Assembly (NCBI GenBank): GCA_013239625.1
Contig: MU056050.1
Coordinates: 3,210,084 to 3,274,083, forward strand
Direction of reading: 5' to 3'
Source of the DNA: Lama guanicoe
Lineage: Eukaryota
Length of the DNA stretch: 64,000 nt
The first letter of the stretch is position 1; the number at the start of each line of letters is the position of its first letter. The position numbers and the translations under genes were made by a program. This document shows positions 53,237 to 64,000 of the stretch, in pieces. The notes beneath the pieces were generated by a model. That model saw only the letters and a list, made by a program, of their open reading frames with translations. It ran no database searches and was not told the DNA's origin.

Positions 53237-53317
53237 TGAACAGGAAGATACGTGATGCCAGCATCATCTTGATGGAAACAAGAGGCCCAGCTGGGGAGTC
53301 TATAAACCCCTGAAGAT
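53237..53317 (-). pseudogene. Well-preserved exon relic (RGS helix 4-5)
   Basis: ttttgtttacag|ATCTT...TGTTCA|gtaagt, 81 nt, stop-free. DLQGFIDSPAGPLVSIKMMLASRIFLF versus recalled RGSL1 DLQHFLS...RHLLGDRICELY. Confidence 0.7.
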
Positions 53318-53946
53318 CTGTAAACAAAACCTCCAGGACACATCAAGAACATGTTGAATAACTTTGTCTCTCATACAAAATCACACTAGATTGGCTTATT
53401 TGTGATGCTTTTCAATAGCAAGTTATACTTGCCATTGAACAACTAGCCTCTAGAAAGTCAATGTAGTTTCCTAGAAATATTCCAAAGTTTGCAGCACTGA
53501 ATCTCTTACTTGCAGTGTAATCAGAGCTGAGTGTAGACAAAATCATGACATAGGTGTTTACCTTCCCTCTCCCTAAGTGTTCTATGTCTCTTCTGCTTTA
53601 TTTTGATCTATTTCTTCATCACACCTTGGGATTTGCAGGCTCTCAATCTACTGTCTTGAACTTCATACTACCATGACCCAATGCCTAGTGTACCCTCTGA
53701 TGCAAAGTATGTGTTTGATAAATATTTGTGAAATAAATAAATGAATCAATGAAAAGATCCCAAAGCCTGATAGAATTTCTCAGGGTTGTGCTCGATGACT
53801 AGAAAAATGAGATAAACTCATGGGTTTGAAATAATTAAGGTTGATATGCAAACATCACGCATTCTTTACTCACAAGAAGCAGGTCCCTTTGCTGATGCTC
53901 TGTTTATGAAAAGGAAACTAAGTTGGAAGTTGAATGACAACTGTGC

Positions 53947-54292
53947 TGTGTCTAAGTCCGCTTGGGCTGCCATAACTGAATAGCATAGATGGGGTGGCTT
54001 CAACAACAGGAACTGATTCTCTCATAGTTCTGGAGATTGGAAATCTGATATAAGGGCATCAGTATGGTCGGATTCTGCTGAGGGCTTGCAGATGGCCACC
54101 TTCTTGATCTGTCCTCACTCCTGCCAGAGAGAGGAAGAGCAAGCCTTCTGTGTCTTGTCTTAGTAGCACACTAATGCCATCATGACCTCATCTAAACCTG
54201 ATTACTTCCCAAAGACACCCGTCTCCAAATACCATCACATTGGGGGTTAGGGTTTCAATATATATTTTCAGACACACAATTCAGTCTATAAC
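53947..54292 (-). mobile_element. MaLR LTR (MLT1A-C type)
   Basis: gggctgccataac...tctcatagttctggag...ccaaataccatcacattgggggttagggtttcaa...cacaattcagtctataaca. Confidence 0.85.
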
Positions 54293-55211
54293 ACACTGGT
54301 TTCATTATTAGGCTAATTACTAAGGGTTTCCAGTCTGAAGGTCAGAGTACAAGAGGATTACATTCTTAAGTCCATCAAACTGCTTAGAATTCCTTGACAC
54401 CATTACCATCAGCCATTCTATTCAGGTTCCCCCTGTATCAAATCATGCCACTGCCTACTCAGTCCTACTTCTTTCAAACCTCGGGTCCTTTCGTCAAGCA
54501 TGAACATAATCAGTATTACTGGAAGCCTCAAATGCTATCATTCAGGGTGTCATTTTTGCTTTGTCCAAGCTCAAATACAAGCAGTAACAAGAAATGACAA
54601 TGAACTAGGCATTACTATTGGCATACTAGACATGTTAGTCTTAGATAGCTAACAGTGTTTCTAGTACCTGTAATAAATAAATAAAACTTGTCTCCATTAA
54701 GCATTGCTTCATTTTCAAAATGGGATAGTGTTTTTTATCCAAGCTGCATCAGCTTCCACTTTTCCAGACCTATGCCAATTTCATTAACTCCTTGAGCAGC
54801 TTTGCCTCGCGTTCTACTCATCTGGAACCCCTTGTTCTTACAGCTATGAGCCACTTCATTCAGAACCTAGGAGTGTGTTAGCCACAGCTGACTCCTGTTG
54901 TTTCTCCACTCCTCCCACCCCCATCACCACCCCCCCCACCTCAGAGAGCTGCTCCTGGCCTCACAACTCCTCAGTGGTTCTTCAGCTAATTGGAACAATG
55001 CTCGAAGCTGAGTGGAAGCTAATCAATTTATTTTTCACATAATGCATAAAACACTGCAGCAGCCCATCGGGAGGAAATTCAGATATCGTTAGTCGTTTTC
55101 TTTCAACAAAAAACCCCTGCTTTATCTTAAAGGAGGGGTCCAAACTTGATTCTGTTTCTTCTTTATAAATCCATGTAGGCTATGATGCAGATCTCAGCTG
55201 AGCTCCCCTAC

Positions 55212-55325
55212 CTCCGGGGCAGCACCATTCGGTGCTTGTCCGTCCATTCACCAAGATGCCTACTTAGTGTTCCATTTCGCGTTCTTGTTTAACTTCCTTG
55301 AGGTCTTATGTTTTACGTTCCTCTC
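55212..55325 (-). pseudogene. Exon relic (Lys/Arg-rich linker)
   Basis: ccaatag|GAGAGG...CCGGAG|gtaggg, 114 nt, phase 0 matching the upstream exon. ERNVKHKTSRKLNKNAKWNTK*... Confidence 0.4.
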
Positions 55326-55463
55326 CTATTGGGATGCCATAGGAATGCAATGAGCAGATGCATTCAATGATTCATTACCATTAGCAGCCAGAGTGGAATC
55401 AAGAGCTTTATCAGCTTCCTGGCTTCCTGGTTCTGCTCACAGGGGAACCATATTATGCCTTAC

Positions 55464-55608
55464 CTTCCTCTCTAGATGCACAGTTTCTCTAGTTCAGCAC
55501 TCTGTGGAATCTCAGCATAGGCAAAACCTCTCCTTTACTGCTGCATCTAGAGCTTGTGGCACTGGATCTTCTGGCCAAGTAGAAAAGAATTTTCAAGGGT
55601 ATTCAACT
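55464..55608 (-). pseudogene. Exon relic
   Basis: cttgtag|AGTTG...AGGAAG|gtaagg (strong donor). ...PQALDAAVKERFCL... with stops. Confidence 0.45.
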
Positions 55609-56227
55609 CTACAAGTACTTTAATATTTTTATTAAACAGGTGCATTCCAGGTTATTATTTCTAATGTATCAAATTACTCAATTCTAGAATCTGTTGCCAG
55701 GCAAAGGGACACATCCTGACCTAAGTTATTATTAAGTTCTTATAAATGCATGGGTTACAGTCTATAGATCAACATTGGATTTTAAAAAGAAAGTTCCCCT
55801 TCTGCACCATTCCCTTTGGTGCTCCCAGCAGCAATTTCTCAGTCTTGATGGACTGTGTGGTTGAATGGGGTAGTAGTGGTGCAAGGGGAGGAGTGACCAT
55901 TTTGTACTATGTTTTGAGTGCTTCCAGTAAAAGACTATATACGCTCTGATAGCTAATGATAGCTAAGGCTTTTAACCACAGGCCCTTCCACAGAACTAAT
56001 ATTTCATGTTGAAAAATTATATGTCACTAACTGTGGAACTTTGGCAAACATGAATAAAAGTTGTGCTGGAGATAAAATATGTTGTTCACCTGGTCCCTTG
56101 AAAATAAACTATCTGCCATTTGGTGTTGTAATTTTAGGAAAATATCTACAGTTGGCTCGATGCAGATGGTGTTTACTTTAATATATTTATATTGCATTCT
56201 CTCTCCTTATCACTCACCATCTCCCAC

Positions 56228-56383
56228 TGTTTTTCAAAATGAGCTCCATGGACCACCTGCATCAGACTCACACTTGCAGTTTGTTAAAACTGCAGATTCA
56301 TGGCCCCATCACAGGCCACGTAATACAGAACCTCTGCGGCTGTGGTCTAGAAATCTGCATATGTAAGAAGCACTCCAGGTGAC
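56228..56383 (+). mobile_element. MER5-like hAT-Charlie fossil
   Basis: ggaccacctgcatcagactcac...ttgttaaaactgcagattc...aatctgcat...ctccaggtga. Confidence 0.7.
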
Positions 56384-56957
56384 TAGGGGGGTTAAAAATA
56401 AAAGCAACACAATAAATTATTCTAAAAATTAAAATATTTTATTTCATTTTAAAAAGCACTGGGACTTTTTTAAAATTTGACAAGGTGGGGAAATGACAAG
56501 ATGTGATTGGGTACATATGGAAGGGTTTGGGGAAGTGTCCTGGAGAAAGTGGCATCAAAGTTTAGACCTAAAGGCTGCATGGAAGTTGGGTAGTCAGGGA
56601 ATGAGATGGGTGAATGGATGAGGGGAGGACAGAGAGGAGGAAGAGGAGATTTTAGGCACAGGGAACAGACTATACAAACGCTTATTTAGAACTGATAGAA
56701 GTTTTGCACGGATAACCACTTGGCCAAAATGTAGCCTTCACAGAAAATATATTTAGACCCAAAGGAGAGGGTACTATGGAATTTCAGGCCTTGTGACAAC
56801 TGTATAAATACCTTTTTCTTCTTGAGGGGAGTGAGGTGGTTGGAGGGAGGTTGGGAAGACATACCCTCCAAATCATACTAGGTGTAAGCCTGGCCCATGA
56901 TATAGCGCAGGGAAAAAGGAACCTTTGGTACTTCCGTTCTGCTAGGATATTGCTGAC

Positions 56958-57025
56958 CTGCTTCTTTTGATTGGGAAGAAAAACGACTTCAGTGGGTGTC
57001 AAGCGGCAGGTGGTGACCACTGTTT
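56958..57025 (-). pseudogene. Exon relic
   Basis: gtctttaaag|AAACAG...AAGCAG|gtcagc. TVVTTCRLTPTEVVFLPNQKKQ, stop-free; the donor position is uncertain. Confidence 0.5.
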
Positions 57026-57174
57026 CTTTAAAGACAACATATGAAACACTGAAAATTTATTTCCCAATAAACTTGACTTTATGAGCTGAACCAAAAAAGT
57101 GCCATACAATAAAAGCATAAGGAACAAGAATATTTCCAACTGCCATTAAATATAATCCAAGGGAAGTGATTCAC

Positions 57175-57288
57175 TGTGGCTCAGGTGCAAGTTCCCTGTC
57201 AATACAATTTATAAGGGTTCAGCTTCCAAAAAGCTACACTTCCATTTGACAGTAATTTCCTCTTTTATTTTGTTTTGTTTTAAGTTGA
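57175..57288 (-). pseudogene. Exon relic
   Basis: ttgcag|TCAAC...GCCACA|gtgaat, 114 nt, phase 1 to 1. NLKQNKIKEEI..., with VAFWKL (RGS helix-4-like) in an alternative frame. Confidence 0.5.
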
Positions 57289-58136
57289 CTGCAATTTTCA
57301 GTCACAGTTATCAGTTCATCACTTGGATGAAGGTGACCCAGCAGTCCTTCTTTTACCTAATTCCTGGGGTACCCTTAGATTATCTTCACAAGCAAAGTCT
57401 ACAATGATAACAGGAAAAATAAATTAATTCAAAAGTGGAGGCTTATCAAATGCCATCTTCTGTGGGCTGCGTTTTTTATTAAACATGAATCAAACAATCT
57501 TTTTGAAATGGGGGGGGTGTGGTTAGCCAGAATCATCTTCTTCCCCCATTGCATGGCTAATTCAACAACCTTAATTAATAAGCCTTTTAAGATGAATTTT
57601 AGAAACAAAAGCTGCCATCAATTTGCCAGCCACATGTATTATCTTAATTATTTTGAGACATATTTGTATTTTTAAAAGGACATACAGTTTTCATCAACTG
57701 AGTCAAAAGGAGTCACAGAAAACTAGCATTTTAAATGTTGAAATAAATATTTTACAGCTAAATAATTCTAACACTAGTAATGATATCTCTTAAATCAGCA
57801 TTTCCTAATGTACAGAAAGGTTAGTGTTTTAAAAGAAAAAAGGTCACAATACGAATAAATTTGGGGAACTTTGTGTTAAAAATATCTGTATAGGCTTTTA
57901 ATTATAGGACTTCTCAGAGTCTTTAATACACTGATACATACCATGAATTACTGAGAGCTGGATATGGTAAGGAGCATTTCCTATACACATTGACTGTTTA
58001 CCTTTTTCAGTGCATAGTACAAAACTAGGGCTTCGCTATAACATATTTTGGGAAATTAGAACATATTTGGAATAATCATTATTTCTAAACTTCAGAAATG
58101 GTATAAATCTTGTTTAATCATTTCTTTAAAAATTAC

Positions 58137-58183
58137 CTGTGTACAAAATATCTTCAAATCTCTCACACTTCACCAATGCTGTC
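58137..58183 (-). pseudogene. Exon relic (RGS helix-2-like FEDIL)
   Basis: attacag|GACAG...ACACAG|gtaatt. TALVKCERFEDILYT, stop-free, phase 2 to 1, matching the next exon. Confidence 0.55.
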
Positions 58184-58495
58184 CTGTAATCATCAACTTT
58201 CAGTGTTGACAGTGTAGTGTGTCTATAACTTCCATATTGGACATGTAATTCAGGGTGATTAAACCAATTGGACTAAGCCAAGATTACCACTTTACATGAT
58301 CGATCGACAAACTGTAGACATAATTAAAAGTGTGTGTATGCAAAACAGAAAAAATGGAGAAAGAAGGTTTGTTTGTTTGTTGTATTCGTCCTAGACATTC
58401 GCATTCAAAACAGAAAAATCAAATGGGAGTAGTTATCAGAATGGAGTTGTCAGAAACTGGATAAAATTGAGTATTTCTGCAGCATTCATAATTAC

Positions 58496-58572
58496 TTTCA
58501 GGAGACTGAACAAGAAATGTGGATCTCAATAAGCCACAATGGTTTGGAATGAGCCTTGAGATTCTGAGTAGG
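58496..58572 (-). pseudogene. Exon relic
   Basis: tgcaaag|CCTAC...CTGAAA|gtaatt. QTIVAY*DPHFLFS resembles RGSL1 LQSYWLPNF if the TGA derives from TGG. Confidence 0.45.
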
Positions 58573-59239
58573 CTTTGCAATCAGCAAATTGAAAAATCTC
58601 CAAACAGCCCCAGAAATACCATCCTACAGTATATCTTTTGACATTATTATATATTATCAAAGCAATTGTATTTCTTTTTTGGGGGGTATACATTGTGACA
58701 TTTTTATATGACAGCTCTCAGCAGGCTTTTTAGTACTCTGATAGGTGACCTAGTTTAGGGAACTATTTTACTTGTTTTAAGAGGTCTCTAATCATGTAAT
58801 CATAGGTGATTTGGAAATGGCTTTGAAGAAGGACTCTTAGAGCTGTTGAGTTAATAATATGCATTACCGACATTCCATGATATTTTTTATGCTCCCCAAA
58901 TATTCACTCTCTAAGTGAGCCATTCTTATTCTCTCTTCCTCCTCCTCCCTCCCTGTACATGAAGTATGTGTACGTAATATGGGCTGAATTAGAAATGAGT
59001 ACTCTAATTATATATACCATGAGAAATAGTGTCTCTTGATATAATATAGCCTTGAAAGTCATTCTTAAACACTATTAGTACACTTAAATTTCCTGTGGCC
59101 AGCCAAATGGGCACTACCTTTGCCCAAAGTTTCCAGTGCTTTCCAATCCTACTTATCCCTATGCTCACTGACCTCCACTACTCTTCCTATTAAACTGCTA
59201 AATGTTACTGATTTGGGGAAAGACCGTTCTGTAAAAAAG

Positions 59240-59800
59240 AACAGGCATGCTCACATACACACTGTTAGCAGGATTATAAATATGTGGTCTTTTTGAAGGA
59301 CATTTTAGCACTGTATATATCAGATATCTCATTTATTTTCCTATCAAAGTATTAAATGTGTCTACCCTTTGACTCATCAACTCCACTTCCTACAGCATAA
59401 TCCAACAGGTGCACAAATATGTATGTACATAGAATTCATTATAGTGTTCCTCATACAAGTAAAAAATTTGAAATGACCTAATTGCCTGTATAGATAAAGG
59501 AATATCAAGCAGCAGACGTAGATTTATATATATGGACATAGAAAGATCTCCAATAACATTGTTAGGAAAGGGGAAAAGCAAGTCATAGAAAAAAACATAT
59601 CATGATCCTATTTAGATTTTTAAAATATTATAGAAGGATACCTACCAAACTATTATCCAGAGTACCTCTGGATAGGGAAATGGGTTGAGACAGGGTGGGG
59701 TGAAAAATAAAGGACTTTTCAGTTTTATATTTTTGTATAGTTTGTTTCATTTTTGCAATAAGCATATAATCATGCATTATTTGTGTAGCTAATATTTTTA
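59240..59800 (+). mobile_element. Old L1M 3' fragment
   Basis: ctcacatacacactgtt...acatagaaagatctccaataacattgtta...ataccaaactatt-type L1ME 3'UTR motifs. Confidence 0.55.
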
Positions 59801-59969
59801 CAGTAAAATGATAGTGCAATAATCTCTAAAATATTAGTTTCAAAAGTCATACACTCAGAGAAGCAGTTGATAATAGTTCCTATCAGGCAGATTAAAGTAT
59901 TATTAAGGGACACACTCATTATTTCTCTTAGGTTTTAGTCCAGTGAATCATCTATTATTTCTTTGAGTA

Positions 59970-60940
59970 CTGTGTTCCACAGACCCTAGAGTGTCACCCA
60001 TGTTCATGCTCTTATATAATTCCCTCCTTTGGGTGTAGGCACAGCTTCTAACCAATAGTATATGGCAAAGGTGATGGGACATCACTCCTCTAATTACATT
60101 ACCACTAATACACATAAGACTCACTTTACTAGCATCTAGCAGAGAGCCTCTTTCTCTCTCTCTCTCTGAAGCTGACTCTGAAGAAGCTGTCACACTGAGT
60201 GGCCTATGGAGTGGGTCTGGAGTAGGTCATCAAAAGGACATGACTACCAGTTGATACTTGAGCTGGACCCAGGCAATCAGAAGCTCCTCACCCCTTCCCC
60301 ATCCCTTGGATTGTATGTTCTGCCCTAATTCCCATAGTAAGAGCTGTTTCAAAGAAGTGACCACATGGATGATACAAGTGACTGAAACCAGTTAAGGCCT
60401 CTACATAAACTTTTAAGATTCTAGCAGGTGGGTGCAGAGATATATTCATCTTGCGGCTGCCCAAGACAAGCCTCGTGTGTAAGTTCCCTTGCTTATTAAA
60501 CCTGCCACCTACCAATCTGGAGTTGTCTGACTCTTTCCTCCGCCTCTCCTTGCCATCTGAGTGCGGGAGCCAGTTTCAGATTTTTTACCTGGGGAACTCC
60601 TGAGTTTGTGAACCCACGGTGCCATGTGGCAAGGACTGGAGAGCAGCCTCTAGTAGCTTGAGAACCATCTGTGGCTTATAGCCAGCAAGAAAATAGGAAA
60701 GTCGGTCCTACAACCACAGGAATTTAATTCTCCTAACAAGCACATGAGCTCAGAAGAAGATCCTCAGATGAGACATCAGCCCCAACTAATACCATGATAT
60801 CAGCCCGGTAACACTCTGAGCAGATAATTCATTTGGGTGTGCCCAGACTCCTAACTCATAGCAACTATGAAATAATAAATGTTTCCTGTTTTAAGTCCTT
60901 AAGTTTGTGCTCATCTGCTACACAGCAATAGAAAGCTAAT
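59970..60940 (+). mobile_element. MaLR LTR (MLT1E/F/G-like) with nested ERV solo LTR (about 60218-60616)
   Basis: MLT1 sequence (ggcaaaggtgatgggacatcactcc; ccatgtggcaaggactg; cagcaatagaaagctaat) split by a segment with attaaa poly(A) signal and TG...CA-like ends. Confidence 0.7.
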
Positions 60941-62600
60941 GGAATTACCTTGTTGTACAATCTGTCTGATGCCACAGTAACCAGTGGAAGACAAGAGAAT
61001 GCACTCAATTGGCTATTTTGTCTACCAGCTCCCTCTTCCTGAATCACTAACAAATGTACACACTTGGATGTTTTAAATCACTTTCTGTATGTTAGACACT
61101 ATCCTCTGCATTTACATCCCTTTCTTACAACAACCTCACATTACTCCTATGAAGTGGTTACAGGTGAGGATGCTGTGGATTTAAAAGGTTACAAAATTTG
61201 CCCAAGGTGGCAAAGCTAGTAGGTAGCTAAACCAAGAGTCATACCCCCAATCTACGCTTAACAGGACATTTAAAAATAGTCATCAAATGATCCAGTGTTT
61301 AAAAACTCACTTCACTTTCAGATAATACATTCAAAATCAGTGATTAAAAAAGAAGTTGGTAGTCTGGCTATCCACCCAAAGGCACAAAATCTAATACTAT
61401 TTCTTTTCCCTCAAATATGTTATATTTTCTAGTGATTTAAAATAAAAACTCAGTAAGCATTATTAACAGTAGAACCTGGCTACAATATCACACAGCTTTA
61501 TGTATTCTGCCATTCACATCATTTCCTCTTTGAGTCACACCAAATACAGTTGTGGCTGATAACCCATATCAGGGATAGTTCTGATCCTTAGTATCAGGAG
61601 ATCAGTGACTTTTTAAGTTCACATGGGCTTCCTTTTAAAGGAAGTAAACCCTACAAAACTAAAAAGCCAGAAGCATAGAGCTGCATACCAGAATATGACA
61701 CAATCAATGTAATCATCAATAGGCAAGTTGAGATAAACATCATACTGACAGGATATGTAGCGGAAGAAGGCCAGAGGAAGAATGACTCAATTTTATTTTT
61801 CCCATGGGCAAAGGCAGAAAGAGTGTCATTGCGAACAAATTAAAGTCCTACCACAAAGCAGTTGTACAATGTGCCATGCCAGAAAGCAAAGGGCAAACCA
61901 CTAATCTCAACAGATAATAATTAGAAAAAAAGGGTACAGAAAAAAAAAATCAGGAATACTAGGACTAGGACGAAAGGACGTTAGGAAATATCACTCTCAA
62001 TTGTGATGACTCTTCTAGAATGTGCATTTTGACTGATTTTATAGGTTGTGATTTTCTCACCGCAGGCATTCAGAATTGGCATTCAAACACTAGGAGAGCC
62101 AAGTTTAATTAACTTAGACTTCTGAATAAAGAGACAACCAGAGAGCAAGAGGGACATCCAATGCTATGGCTACAATTTGCTGTTCAAACTGCAGAACCAT
62201 ATGCACTGCTGCTTTTATTGCCTCTTCACCTTATCAGCTGAAAATTGTGCCACATCAAGAAAATGATCTCTGTGATCCACATTTTATCCCATTTATGACC
62301 TCTCTCCTTTCTGCTTTCCTTCAGAATCAGTGCAATGTATAATTTGGCTCCTGAGATCAGAGACTGAGGTCAAATTGAAAGGAGTCAACTCCAGGAGGAC
62401 GGCTTTGAATAGTAAAGGATTAACGCTAGAGGATAATCAGGTAGATTCTCTGAGGACTCCAGAAAACTTTTGGTTTATATCTGGTAATTTTGGGATGAGA
62501 TTGGGTAGAAAAGGACAGATAAAAGATCAAAATATATCTTGTCTCTAAGTGGCATGCATGTGTCTATGCACATACACACACAACACAAAAAGAAATTCAC

Positions 62601-62728
62601 GATATTCTGGCAACCCACAATCAAGTTCAAATCTCCCTGCTCTAAAATACATCTCACTACTCTTCTACTTGACCTTGGGCAGAATGATGAAGCAACAATA
62701 GTGAAGGAGCCTAAAAATTCTGGAGAAC
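62601..62728 (-). pseudogene. Exon relic (5'-most seen)
   Basis: ttctatag|GTTCTCC...AATATC|gtgaat. The next candidate exon 62300-62480 is phase-compatible (HINQKFSGVLREST*LSSSVNPLLFKAVLLELTPF...). Confidence 0.4.
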
Positions 62729-62879
62729 CTATAGAAATCATTTCTCCCAAGGGAACAACTACATAATAGTATTAACTTCTACTGAAAGTTTAAGCAGGAT
62801 GAGAACTAAAATGAGGATTTGGCCAAAATGTCAGTGACTGTAATAGAATAATGGAAATAGAAGTCAAATTACAGTGTAC

Positions 62880-63950
62880 TTCATTTATTTGATTTAATAA
62901 ACACTTATTTTGCTCTTACTATGTATCAAACATTGTTATAGCTGATGAGGATTCAGACAAAAATCCCTACTCTATAGAGCTTAAATTCTAGTGGGAAAAG
63001 CAGATAAATAATAAGACAATTGAGTTAAAGTATGATAGATGGTGATAAAGGCTAAAGGGAAAATTAAAACAGAGAAGGGAGATAGAGTGTTATGTGTGAG
63101 TAAGGAATCTGAGTCGTAATTTTGTATTACATGGTCAGGTAAGGACTCACAGAGTAGGTTATAATTAAGTAAAGACCCGAAAAAATTAAGGAATAATCCA
63201 TGAAGAACTTAATGGTAAAGGAAGAAGGATTTACAAGACAATGGAGAAATTAATAATGCAAGCAAGAGAGAAATAAAGGTTTAAGCTCCAAAGGAAGTGA
63301 GGAATGTACAGGATTGAAAACACAGAGTGAGAGCTGACATGGAGGAGAAGGAGGGTTACTTCTGACTGTGAAACTTCTGGTGAGACTGAGCATAAACACA
63401 GGAATGCTGAAGGTGGGGTGACAGGAAGTTGAGGAAGCTTCATGACTGACGGCCTGTATTTACTCTGTGAGGTAAGAAGCAACAGCAACTTCTGCTGTCT
63501 GTAAGGGTGTGGGTAAAGTTAGTAGTTCAAACAAGATGGTGTCAGAGCAATAAGAATGGGTTACTTAGAAAAGTTGCTGACTTAGGGATAAAAATAAGGA
63601 CAGGAGATAGTCTTAGTCTTAAGGGCTCGGCTAAGGTTTGATATTATGAATCTGAAGTGGCACCAATCAATCAGGTAGGTGATTTTCTTTGGCAATGGTC
63701 AGCGTAATGAGAGAAAGAAGAAAGAAAACATCAAGTGAAAAAGATCCAAGATTGGCAAGATGGTGCAACACAAGTATGTCAATGAGTTCCCGGTTAAAAT
63801 ATGTTGCGATTAGTAAGAAAGAAAGCATGAAAAAGTCTGAAGGGTAGATAGGTAGCTAGGGAGTTGAGAGGACCTAGAGTTCTTGATGATACCAGAGGCG
63901 ATTTAGCGAGAGGGAAGGAGTGGAAACAGTGTTAGTGACTTGCTAAAGTG
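62880..63950 (-). mobile_element. L2 LINE fossil
   Basis: Antisense L2 tail (tcatttatttgatttaataaacactt...ctactctatagagcttaaattctagtggg) followed by purine-rich L2 body. Confidence 0.6.
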
Positions 63951-64000
63951 GAATGGAGACAATGATCAGTGGACTGAAAAAGGTCAAGGAACTATGAAGG

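Larger units (their letters stand above)
745..62728 (-). pseudogene. Unprocessed multi-exon pseudogene of a large multi-RGS-domain protein (RGSL1/RGS22-like paralogue), probably extending beyond the window
   Basis: About 40 co-oriented segments with (Y)nAG...GT boundaries, many phase-compatible. Translations contain RGS-like motifs (KAYTIVKTFLAPNS, LLTYSQIESFPKYLE, DLQGFIDS...LASRIFLF, KIFL...VQINVS, LEPPFSQFL) plus many stops and frameshifts. Family similarity is from recalled RGSL1/RGS22 sequences, not from a search. Confidence 0.72.

Noticed and set aside
1..64000. CRISPR arrays, operons, rRNA/tRNA genes, CpG-island promoter, intact CDS
   Set aside because: Mammalian repeat-rich DNA; none of these signatures is visible.

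Overview
AT-rich, CpG-poor eutherian mammalian genomic DNA. The young L1 3' ends resemble cetartiodactyl, probably camelid, L1 (recalled, not searched). I find no intact protein-coding gene, RNA gene or CRISPR array, and the supplied ORFs are chance ORFs, L1 fragments or pieces of decayed exons. Much of the window is interspersed repeat (old and young L1, L2, MIR, MaLR/ERVL/ERV1 solo LTRs, hAT fossils). The main hidden structure is on the minus strand: roughly 40 exon-like segments from about 62.7 kb down to about 0.7 kb, most bounded by pyrimidine-tract AG acceptors and GT donors, often phase-compatible with their neighbours, and carrying stops, frameshifts and broken splice sites. Their translations repeatedly give RGS-box helix motifs resembling the atypical multi-RGS proteins RGSL1 and RGS22 as I recall them. 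My best interpretation is an ancient unprocessed (possibly unitary) pseudogene of a large multi-RGS-domain RGSL1/RGS22-family paralogue that probably extends beyond both window ends. Splice boundaries were read by eye and the family assignment needs a profile search.
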